From: Euglena gracilis
Taxonomy: Eukaryota
Assembly (NCBI GenBank): GCA_039621445.1
Contig: CP154954.1
Span: forward strand, 6,397,425 to 6,461,424
DNA: 64,000 nt
Direction of reading: 5' to 3'
In this document: one piece after another, positions 1 through 10,724 of the stretch
Layout: each line of letters opens with the position of its first letter
Numbering within the stretch: position 1 is the first letter of the stretch
Notes under the pieces: model-generated
The model's database searches: none
What the model was told of the DNA's origin: nothing
Seen by the model: the letters and a program-made list of their open reading frames with translations, nothing else
Translations under genes and position numbers: made by a program

Positions 1-1176
1 TTGCTTTTGGGTCCAAACGGCGCGCCGCAACCACATCCGCCGGGACACCGCATTCCTGACTTCCTGTGGGGTTTCCGAGAAGTGGAGGGTTCCGCGGTGT
101 GCACGCTGCTATCTCGGCCCCTGCAACGAATGGATGGGCACCAGACACGACGCCCAGCCATTGCTTTTGGGTCCAAACGGCGCGCCGCAACCACATCCGC
201 TGGGACACCGCATTCCTGACTTCCTGTGGGGTTTCCGAGAAGTGGAGGGTTCCGCGGTGTGCACGCTGCTATCTCGGCCCCTGCAACGAATGGATGGGCA
301 CCAGACACGACGCCCAGCCATTGCTTTTGGGTCCAAACGGCGCGCCGCAACCACATCCGCCGGGACACCGCATTCCTGACTTCCTGTGGGGTTTCCGAGA
401 AGTGGAGGGTTCCGCGGTGTGCACGCTGCTATCTCGGCCCCTGCAACGAATGGATGGGCACCAGACACGACGCCCAGCCATTGCTTTTGGGTCCAAACGG
501 CGCGCCGCAACCACATCCGCTGGGACACCGCATTCCTGACTTCATGTGGGGTTTCCGAGAAGTGGAGGGTTCCGCGGTGTGCACGCTGCTATCTCGGCCC
601 CTGCAACGAATGGATGGGCACCAGACACGACGCCCAGCCATTGCTTTTGGGTCCAAACGGCGCGCCGCAACCACATCCGCTGGGACACCGCATTCCTGAC
701 TTCCTGTGGGGTTTCCGAGAAGTGGAGGGTTCCGCGGTGTGCACGCTGCTATCTCGGCCCCTGCAACGAATGGATGGGCACCAGACACGACGCCCAGCCA
801 TTGCTTTTGGGTCCAAACGGCGCGCCGCAACCACATCCGCTGGGACACCGCATTCCTGACTTCCTGTGGGGTTTCCGAGAAGTGGAGGGTTCCGCGGTGT
901 GCACGCTGCTATCTCGGCCCCTGCAACGAATGGATGGGCACCAGACACGACGCCCAGCCATTGCTTTTGGGTCCAAACGGCGCGCCGCAACCACATCCGC
1001 TGGGACACCGCATTCCTGACTTCCTGTGGGGTTTCCGAGAAGTGGAGGGTTCCGCGGTGTGCACGCTGCTATCTCGGCCCCTGCAACGAATGGATGGGCA
1101 CCAGACACGACGCCCAGCCACTGCTTTTGGGTCCAAACGGCGCGCCGCAACCACATCCGCCGGGACACCGCATTCT
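1..1176. repeat. 160-bp tandem satellite, block 1 (~7 copies, runs off the window start)
   Basis: Unit cctgacttcctgtggggtttccgagaagtggaggg...gggacaccgcatt recurs every 160 nt with near identity. Confidence 0.97.
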
Positions 1177-1452
1177 GGAGAATATGCTGCCCCAGAGAAT
1201 GCTAACCCCAACCCCCTCCAACTGCGCCCCAAAGTAGAATTGAATTGCTGCTTGTCCTCGCGGCCACTCCCGCTGACCACCCTTGCTGCTGATCCTGAAT
1301 CTGGGCTTCTGCGACCCAAAATAACCCCCAGCGGGCCCGCCACCTTCCCCTCTGTCCCCACCGGTGGCCAAACTATTAATAACAAACACTGGTGTTGGCA
1401 GAATTGCCATGGCATCGTCGTCGGGAATGAGCTGCAGATTGAAGTGCATTGG
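1177..1452. repeat. Non-tandem flank that follows each satellite block (second copy at 4294-4562)
   Basis: Both blocks end in ...cattct followed by ggagaatatgctgccccagagaatgctaacccc...gaagtgcattggcaa; the two copies are similar but diverged. Confidence 0.9.
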
Positions 1453-1734
1453 CAAGCTGCGTGCAAGGGGCGTGCTCAAAAATCGGTTTGGTGCAAGTAT
1501 TTTCCCACCCCCATAACCGGCGTAACTCTTGTCGCACAAACTGCAAAGCGGGGGGGGGGGAAGCAGGCAGGATAGGTGTGGAGCTCTTCCACCGGCAGCA
1601 CACAACAACAAACATTCTGCCCCCCCCCTCCCCCCTGTCCCCCCTGGAACCCAACACCCCACTGCACCCCAAACCCTTTGCCCGCGGGTGGCGGCGATCG
1701 CCTCCGCCAAATACGCACCACGCGCCACGCCGAC

Positions 1735-4293
1735 CCTGACTTCCTGTGGGGTTTCTGTGAAGTGGAGGGTTCCGCGGTGTGCACGCTGCTATCTCGGCCC
1801 CTGCAACGAATGGATGGGCACCAGACACGACGCCCAGCCATTGCTTTTGGGTCCAAACGGTGCGCCGCAACCACATCCGCTGGGACACCGCATTCCTGAC
1901 TTCCTGTGGGGTTTCCGAGAAATGGAGGGTTCCGCGGTGTGCACGCTGCTATCTCGGCCCCTGCAACGAATGGATGGGCACCAGACACGACGCCCAGCCA
2001 TTGCTTTTGGGTCCAAACGGCGCGCCGCAACCACATCCGCTGGGACACCGCATTCCTGACTTCCTGTGGGGTTTCCGAGAAGTGGAGGGTTCCGCGGTGT
2101 GCACGCTGCTATCTCGGCCCCTGCAACGAATGGATGGGCACCAGACACGACGCCCAGCCATTGCTTTTGGGTCCAAACGGTGCGCCGCAACCACATCCGC
2201 TGGGACACCGCATTCCTGACTTCCTGTGGGGTTTCCGAGAAATGGAGGGTTCCGCGGTGTGCACGCTGCTATCTCGGCCCCTGCAACGAATGGATGGGCA
2301 CCAGACACGACGCCCAGCCATTGCTTTTGGGTCCAAACGGTGCGCCGCAACCACATCCGCTGGGACACCGCATTCCTGACTTCCTGTGGGGTTTCCGAGA
2401 AGTGGAGGGTTCCGCGGTGTGCACGCTGCTATCTCGGCCCCTGCAACGAATGGATGGGCACCAGACACGACGCCCAGCCATTGCTTTTGGGTCCAAACGG
2501 CGCCGCAACCACATCCGCTGGGACACCGCATTCCTGACTTCCTGTGGGGTTTCCGAGAAGTGGAGGGTTCCGCGGTGTGCACGCTGCTATCTCGGCCCCT
2601 GCAACGAATGGATGGGCACCAGACACGACGCCCAGCCATTGCTTTTGGGTCCAAACGGCGCGCCGCAACCACATCCGCCGGGACACCGCATTCCTGACTT
2701 CCTGTGGGGTTTCCGAGAAGTGGAGGGTTCCGCGGTGTGCACGCTGCTATCTCGGCCCCTGCAACGAATGGATGGGCACCAGACACGACGCCCAGCCATT
2801 GCTTTTGGGTCCAAACGTCACGCCGCAACCACATCCGCCGGGACACCGCATTCCTGACTTCCTGTGGGATTTCCGAGAAGTGGAGGGTTCCGCGGTGTGC
2901 ACGCTGCTATCTCGGCCCCTGCAACGAATGGATGGGCACCAGACACGACGCCCAGCCATTGCTTTTGGGTCCAAACGGCGCGCCGCAACCACATCCGCTG
3001 GGACACCGCATTCCTGACTTCCTGTGGGGTTTCCGAGAAGTGGAGGGTTCCGCGGTGTGCACGCTGCTATCTCGGCCCCTGCAACGAATGGATGGGCACC
3101 AGACACGACGCCCAGCCATTGCTTTTGGGTCCAAACGGCGCGCGCAACCACATCCGCCGGGACACCGCATTCCTGACTTCCTGTGGGGTTTCCGAGAAGT
3201 GGAGGGTTCCGCGGTGTGCACGCTGCTATCTCGGCCCCTGCAACGAATGGATGGGCACCAGACACGACGCCCAGCCATTGCTTTTGGGTCCAAACGTCAC
3301 GCCGCAACCACATCCGCCGGGACACCGCATTCCTGACTTCCTGTGGGATTTCCGAGAAGTGGAGGGTTCCGCGGTGTGCACGCTGCTATCTCGGCCCCTG
3401 CAACGAATGGATGGGCACCAGACACGACGCCCAGCCCTTGCTTTTGGGTCCAAACGGCGCGCCGCAACCACATCCGCTGGGACACCGCATTCCTGACTTC
3501 CTGTGGGGTTTCCGAGAAGTGGAGGGTTCCGCGGTGTGCACGCTGCTATCTCGGCCCCTGCAACGAATGGATGGGCACCAGACACGACGCCCAGCCATTG
3601 CTTTTGGGTCCAAACGGCGCGCCGCAACCACATCCGCCGGGACACCGCATTCCTGACTTCCTGTGGGGTTTCCGAGAAGTGGAGGGTTCCGCGGTGTGCA
3701 CGCTGCTATCTCGGCCCCTGCAACGAATGGATGGGCACCAGACACGACGCCCAGCCATTGCTTTTGGGTCCAAACGTCACGCCGCAACCACATCCGCCGG
3801 GACACCGCATTCCTGACTTCCTGTGGGATTTCCGAGAAGTGGAGGGTTCCGCGGTGTGCACGCTGCTATCTCGGCCCCTGCAACGAATGGATGGGCACCA
3901 GACACGACGCCCAGCCATTGCTTTTGGGTCCAAACGGCGCGCCGCAACCACATCCGCTGGGACACCGCATTCCTGACTTCCTGTGGGGTTTCCGAGAAGT
4001 GGAGGGTTCCGCGGTGTGCACGCTGCTATCTCGGCCCCTGCAACGAATGGATGGGCACCAGACACGACGCCCAGCCATTGCTTTTGGGTCCAAACGGCTC
4101 GCCGCAACCACATCCGCCGGGACACCGCATTCCTGACTTCCTGTGGGGTTTCCGAGAAGTGGAGGGTTCCGCGGTGTGCACGCTGCTATCTCGGCCCCTG
4201 CAACGAATGGATGGGCACCAGACACGACGCCCAGCCATTGCTTTTGGGTCCAAACGGCTCGCCGCAACCACATCCGCCGGGACACCGCATTCT
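1735..4293. repeat. 160-bp tandem satellite, block 2 (~16 copies)
   Basis: Same unit as block 1, with a few SNPs and 1-2 nt deletions (near 2500 and 3143). Confidence 0.97.
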
Positions 4294-5177
4294 GGAGAAT
4301 ATGCTGCCCCAGAGAATGCTAACCCCAACCCCCTCCAACTGCGCCCCAAAATAGAATTGAATTGCTGCTTGTCCTCACAGCCACTCCCGCTGACAACCCT
4401 CGGGACTTATCCTGAATCTGGGCTTCTGCGACCCAAAATCTCCCCCAGCGGTCCCGCCACCTTCCCCTCTGTCCCCACCGGTGGCCAAACAAACATTGGT
4501 GTTTGCAGAATTGCCATGGCATCGTCGTCGAGAAATGAGCTGCAGATTGAAGTGCATTGGCAATTTGCGAGGGACATGGTTGTTCATCTCCCTTCCTTTG
4601 TCATTTTGCAATCTTTGTAATCTTTGTCATTTTGCAATTGAATTTGTTGATTCTCGGATTTGTCGAACGAAAAGGTGGGTTTCAAGTAAGCCCAAGATTC
4701 AAAAATTTATCATTTGAAAAATTTTCCATTCAGAGATTGGGAAATAATACAAACCCCAAAATTTGTTAAATTTGGCAAATATTGGCAAAATTGCAACCAA
4801 ATAGCAAAAAAAAAAAAATGAAGCAAAAGCCCGGTTTCCACGGAGAAACGTTCAAGGAATGGCCGGAACTCATTTTGTCTTCCATTTCAGGTTCATTCCC
4901 GTTTCAGAGTTTGTGACTTCGCGGTTTTTCATTGCTCTGTGGCAGTATTTTAACTTTTTTTTTCAATTAACTAATTATTAATTAACTAATTTTTGGGACT
5001 GTGTGAAACCAAGAACTGAAAACATGATAATTATATAATGTGAGGACAACCCTCATCCACACTTCGGACACTTCTTCTTGAATATTGCTTCCAGATTTGT
5101 TTTTTTTTTGGTATTTGCTGCGGGTTGGTATACGTAACGAAACCATAAATCAAAAACACACACACAAAGAATCGTAC

Positions 5178-5301
5178 CTTGTATTCATGCACCGCTCCAA
5201 CAGGTCGGTTCAGTGGATATGCAATGTACCCCGAAGACAGGATGGGGATACTTGGTTTTTGCACATTGAGGGAGCAACCATAGGGATAGACGAATGTCAG
5301 G
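5178..5301 (-). CDS. IFT52: IFT52 exon
   Basis: LTFVYPYGCSLNVQKPSIPILSSGYIAYPLNRPVGAVHEYK matches IFT52 LTFVYPFGATL.V.KP...LS.G...PLNRP; ctgcag| and |gtacg. The C-terminal exons were not found in the window. Confidence 0.92.
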
Positions 5302-5952
5302 CTGCAGAGGCAGAGGGAGGGAGAGACTAGGGAGGGAGAGTGAGAGGGGGGGGGGGGGTGGAGGAACAATAAGATTTCAAATTGATCACTTCATGGATGT
5401 GAAAACCTGTTCCCTTCTTGCCCCTGGGGGCCGGGATGGGCAACCAACGTCTGGCCACAAAAGAAGTTGGGGGGCTGTCAAAGCATTTTGCAATGAAAAA
5501 CTTCTGTGGAGTGGCAGAATGATTTTCGACTACCCGCAACAACAACTGACACAAAAAAACCCGCAAAAAATGCAACTTGCATGTAAAATCCTTCAGGAGA
5601 TCCCCCAAGGTTTAATTTAAATTTTTCACCTCTACCGGGGAATTTTTAAATGTGCATCTTGTTGACCAAAAAAAAAATGCAAAAAAGGCAAAAAAGATTG
5701 GGGTCAAAATGAAGCATTTTTCAGAGTTGAGAAAAATTTCCAGAAAAAATTGGAAAATTGCTGCAAAAAAATGCAAAAAAAAACCCACAAAATGCAAATT
5801 TTGCCACAATCGAAAAACACAAAAAACGCAAAAAAGACGCCCCCTCTCCCCTGGAAAGTACATGGGGTGCCACACCCCGTGTTGGAATCCCCCATAAAAA
5901 AAAATTGATTGATCTTTCATTTGATGTGAACACCAGACGTTGATCCAAACAC

Positions 5953-5993
5953 CTGGAACTTTGGGAGCTTTGTTGTGCCAAGAGGGCAGTCTG
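5953..5993 (-). CDS. IFT52: Possible IFT52 linker exon
   Basis: cgcag|QTALLAQQSSQSS|gtgtt ends in phase 2, which fits the next exon. It needs a further unidentified exon upstream to fix the phase. Confidence 0.35.
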
Positions 5994-6295
5994 CTGCGAG
6001 GCTGACAAGCCTTGCGATGCATTGAGTATGTAAGAGCCTGGAATATTCTTCCCTGAGAGAGGGCGAGGGGAAAATCAAACCAATCAAATCAATACTTGGG
6101 GTGTTTACTCAGCTGCGCTCTGCCCCTGGGGGTCCTTCCGCCATTTGGGTGAGTCCATAATACCTCCCCCCAAGAGGGTCAATTCCCCTTCCTGCAACTT
6201 TGGTGCCGGGGGGGGGGGGGGGCTGGCATCATCCACTCCAGAGGTATCACCCAACCACCAGCAGTCGGCAGTTGCCATCCAGCAGTAATACACAC

Positions 6296-6347
6296 CTGCA
6301 GCTCTGTTCAATTCACGGTTCACAATCCCATTAGTGATGCACACTTC
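6296..6347 (-). CDS. IFT52: IFT52 exon
   Basis: EVCITNGIVNRELNRAA(G) continues in phase 0 after HPK and matches IFT52 E..VS.GVLNREI.RAAG; cacag| and |gtgtg. Confidence 0.88.
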
Positions 6348-6824
6348 CTGTGGAAAGACAGCGCGCATCAGTTGACAAGCCAACCCGTTCATTGTCAGAA
6401 CAGACAGCACAGCTTGCGATCTGCTTGAATATTTTGGAAGAGCCCACACCGCGGTTACAACCGTGGTACATCGCCCTGATATCGCAGTTACGTGGGCAAG
6501 GTGCCTTGCAAGGTAGTAGCGGAGGCAGAGTTCAAAATTCTCTTTCAATTCAATGACTGGAGACAGCACAGTGATTTGGGCATGACGGTTCAAAGATCCA
6601 CGTGATCACCCTTTTTGCTGACACTGTTCAACCGGAAAAGAGGTCCAAACATCGAATTTTTCGAGAACCAAAAATTTTCCCAACAGAAATTGAAAAATCG
6701 CCAGGAGAAAAGGCAAAAAAATACAAACAAAATGCAAAAGAACCCTACAAACTTTGCCAAAATTGAAAAACACACAAAAAAGACAAAGAAATCCCTCCCC
6801 TGAAGACAGTGTCACTTGGCACAC

Positions 6825-7086
6825 CTTGGGGTGAAAATATTTGTAATACACAGTTCGCACGACGGAGTCGCCGTTGAACGTGATCCCCCACTCCTCCAGC
6901 AGGGCGTTCAGGTTGGTGTTGAACCGGGGGTCGCCTCCCGACGCCAGCATGAGCAGGACGCTGCCGCCGCCGGCCAGGTACTCCTTGATGGCGGCCAGCT
7001 CTTGCTCAGAGAACTTTTCCCGTGGCCCGGCGAACACCACCAAGCTGGCTTTTTTCAGGGAGTCAATCGACACCTCATCCTTGTTT
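6825..7086 (-). CDS. IFT52: IFT52 (intraflagellar transport protein 52) exon, GIFT domain
   Basis: NKDEVSIDSLKKASLVVFAGPREKFSEQELAAIKEYLAGGGSVLLMLASGGDPRFNTNLNALLEEWGITFNGDSVVRTVYYKYFHPK carries the IFT52 motifs GPREKF and VVRxVYxKYFHPKE; acceptor ccag|, donor |gtgtg. Confidence 0.93.
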
Positions 7087-8151
7087 CTGGGGTGGTGGGG
7101 AAAAATATGCAAATAGGGGGACAAAACCTTCAATTGAAGACAGGGTTTGATGGTTAACCATTTAACCGGTTGACCATTTCTTGGGCCAGTTAATAAACCG
7201 CTCGATGGATGGATGGTTGGCCAGTGAAGGCCGCGCATTTGCATTCTTTTTCTGTCGGCATTGCCTAATTTGATAGAAAATCTTGCCAAATTCCTATTTC
7301 GAATTTTTTTCACACTTCACACCATATTTTTTGCACTTCCTGTCAATTTGTTTGTGCCTTATCTCAAAAATGTTTGCCCTTGTCCCTAGAATATTTGCCT
7401 CCGTTCCAAAAATTTTTGCACTTGGATCGGGTGTTTTTCACAGTTGCCCTTTGAAACTTCAATTGGCGTGGACCTTTTTCCATTGCCCAGTGTAAGGCTT
7501 TTTTCATCGAACGAAAATAAAATGGCAGAGTGCAAAAATTTTCGCAACACATGCAAATATTTTTGGGGCGCAGTGCAAAAAATTTTGAGACCTTTGGGTA
7601 TTTTTTTTGAGGATGCAGGGCAAACTTTTTGACAGGTTGGGGCAAATATTTTTGCCAGCATTTCAGACGCCAGGTGTAATACCCTGAACCCGGGCCAGAT
7701 GCCCAGGTATGGGTTTCGACTCGAAGCGCCAAAATTTTTTTGGGAAATTGAATTTTGGGAAACTTTGAGGAAAGTTCAGAAACTAATCACCCAAAAGGTC
7801 GCAATGTGAAAAGAGCTTTTTCCCCCAAATTGGCAGGAGAGCAAGCAGTGGGTCATCTGCACCGTTCGGGGGGGGGGGGGACACGAGACAAGGTGTTGAA
7901 ACCGTGGAGTGGGGGATCTGATTTCACGCCTGAAACTCTGTATATGGAGGCACTCCTTATTCCTTATTTCCAAAATGTTTTCGCAATGATCCCCAACTGA
8001 GAGAGCATGGTTGAAAGGCTCTGCGTCCATCAGCAGTAATCGCATTTGGGATGCCCCAACGCTTTTTCATGTATCCAAGGCGATTGCTGTCCATTACTTT
8101 TTGCAGTTTCTGCAATTTTCCGTAAGTTTCTTTTCGAAACATCCACATGTT

Positions 8152-8835
8152 TTGAAACCGTGTTTTGGGGCTCTGGCTTCCCGCCCGAACCGGCGTTCTG
8201 AACACTGGTTCGGGCGGGAAATTTCCCGCCCGAAACTGTGTTATATAGAACACCGGTTCGGGCGGGAAGACAAGGTTTTGAGGAAAGTTGGGACATCATA
8301 ACATAGAGCAACATGAGTCACCAATCACAGGCCTGATACGGTGCATCCTTGGACGAACGTTTTTGGAACACACAGCGGAGGAGTATGTGTGCTAGGCAAA
8401 CAGGTTAGTGCCACAACCGTGGCGATTACACGATGGCAAAGGTATTGCCCCGAGGCAGCCAAGGGCCACTTATTTACAGTCGGGACACACCCAGGAGCCA
8501 TAACGGGGAGGCAGGACTAACCCAGCACACGCAAAGTGCCAGGGCAAGTGACAGGAGCCACTATTTTGTTTTTTGCAAGTCCACCACTGGGGCAACTGTC
8601 GACAAACGTGTCCCCAAACAAAAATTTGTGGCCTTCGCTGTTGTTTGAGGTGCGGTGGCAGCCTCTAAACCAAAAAATTCAGTTGGTGTGGGGGTTGGGG
8701 CAGCGCATTAGTCAGACGGCAACAACCTGGCCGGCGTACATTTAGAAGAAATCTGCATGGAGGAGTCACAAACGACTGTGCGTTCATGAACGCCGGTTCG
8801 GGCGGGAAGCCAGAGCCCCTAAAACACGGTTTCAA
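8152..8835. mobile_element. Non-coding element bounded by ~47-bp inverted repeats (MITE-like)
   Basis: ttgaaaccgtgttttggggctctggcttcccgcccgaaccggcgttc at 8152 has its reverse complement (1-nt indel) at 8788-8835; internal ccggttcgggcgggaa sub-repeats. Confidence 0.7.
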
Positions 8836-10550
8836 CAACTGTGTCCATAACCCCGAACCGGTGTTATGGACACAGTTCTCATATCAGTAACTTTTCCTTC
8901 TTTCCGCATTTTTCAGCATGAACTTTTGATTTCCCCACAAAAAATCCCGAAGGGGGTCTTATTTGGGGGGGGGTACTTTTTGGATTCTCAGGGGGGTCTT
9001 GTTTTGGGGGGTCTTACTTTGGGGGGGGGTTGGGGCAATTTCGACCCCCCCCCCCGGGAGGGGAAGGGGGGCGGGTGTGTGGGTCCAGCGCTGGACCCCC
9101 TGGGGGGGGGGGGGTCCCCAGGGTGAGCGGTGGTTTTGTGGAGAGGAGGGGAGAATGAAAACCGCATTTTTTGACAAAAAAAACTCAAAGATTCCAGGTT
9201 GAAAAATGGTAGTTTTTAGGAGGAGGGTGAAAAAAACGAAGGTCAAAATACTTGGACCAAATTTTGGCACAGTTAAATTTTACTGACATTTTTTCTCTTG
9301 GAATTTTTTTTGTATTTTCAATGGCATTTTTTGCTTCAAGAACCTCTCAAAATCAAAATTTTGAGAAAATGTTGAAACTTTGGAAGGTGTGAAAAAATGG
9401 GGGTTTGGGGGGTTTCTGGGGGGACCTCCCAAAAAGGTTGGGACAACAAGTCAACCAGTCGATGATTCGTTCGGGACCCCTGAACAGGAGTAATTGTTCA
9501 TGCCCAAAAAGAATAGTCGTGAACAAGAAAATTTGATAATAGACTGTTGAGCCGGCCAACTGCTCCTAACAAAAGAATGTTGGGGAATTCACAGGGGAAC
9601 TAAAAATCAAGCCCTAGATCTTGAATCAACCTGTTCAGGCCACGGGCCAGCTGCGCGCCTGACCCCAAATACAGCCTGTTTTAGGTTTTTTGGTCCCAAA
9701 AATCGAAATTATCAAAATATCTCCAAAATGGTGTCCAATCCCTTAAAAGCCCTGTCAAATGTTATTTTGATTCCCTCCACGACTGACGCCAGGACAACAA
9801 ACACTCCATTTGCCGGCCCACAGCTGTCGGGCAGGCCGCCGGTCCAGGCAGGGTGAAGTTTTGATGTGTGAAATGTTGTGCCTTTTTTTTTTTGCAAAAA
9901 TGACCATTTCGTTGAACTTCACCACTGAAGTTCACCATTTGGGGGAGGCAGGGGGGCTCGGGACGATGGCAGCCTCCAGACTAAACCACCCCCCCCACTT
10001 ATAACCCCCCCCCCACCTATTACCCCCCCCCTCGGGCCGACCAACCAAACCGGGACCTATAACCCCCCCCCCCTGGGGAAGAAAAATGAAAGCCGCCGGG
10101 GACGATTTTTTTTTTGGCCGCAGACCACCCAAAAACTGATTTTTTGGCAATTTTTTGAGACCGACCATCTTCAAAAATGCCATTTTTGTCCAAATTTGCC
10201 GAAAATTGCCAATTTCGGGGGTTTTTGGGGTCATTTTTGGGGGTCGGATTTTCACCAACAATTCCGGGACCTATAAACCCCCCCCCACCTATAAACCCCC
10301 CCTTCGGCCGGCCAACCAAACCGGATCCTATAAACCCCGGGGGGTTTATAAGTGGGGGGGGGGGTTTAATGGGCCACCCAGTTTTTTTCCCGCATGGTTT
10401 TCGATTTTTGCCCAAGTTGCATGTGTCTAAATTGGGCCACAAAATGGCGTCCCCGCCGTATGTACATTACCAATGCCCCCCTCACTGTTCCCATCCTATG
10501 GCCCCCTTTTGGGACCATGGAACAGCAAGGGGGGGGGGGACAGTAGATTC

Positions 10551-10724
10551 TTGTTCGCTGCACGACCGCCACCCCCAACGGCAGAGTCGGATTTTGGTTC
10601 TTGGAACGGGGTCAGGGTCAGGGTCGGGTTCGGGTCGGGTTAGGGTTAGGGTCAGGGTTAGGGTCGGATCAGGGTTTGGGTTTGAATTAGGGTTGGGGTT
10701 AGGTGGCGGTCGTGCAGCGAACAA
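10551..10724. repeat. Degenerate telomere-like (TTAGGG/TCAGGG) tract inside 23-bp perfect inverted repeats
   Basis: ttgttcgctgcacgaccgccacc (10551-10573) pairs with ggtggcggtcgtgcagcgaacaa (10702-10724); gggtcagggtcaggg...ttagggttagggtcagggttaggg lies between them. Confidence 0.8.

Noticed and set aside
1-4293. CRISPR array, SL-RNA/5S/snoRNA tandem genes, or protein-coding ORFs in the 160-bp repeat
   Set aside because: There are no unique spacers and no recognisable SL, 5S or box C/D motif pair. The unit length is not a multiple of 3, and the ORFs simply cycle through frames.
7200-8260. Candidate first exon(s) of IFT52
   Set aside because: Only weak partial resemblances (ETHT..SG, HPSSG) and no consistent splice sites.
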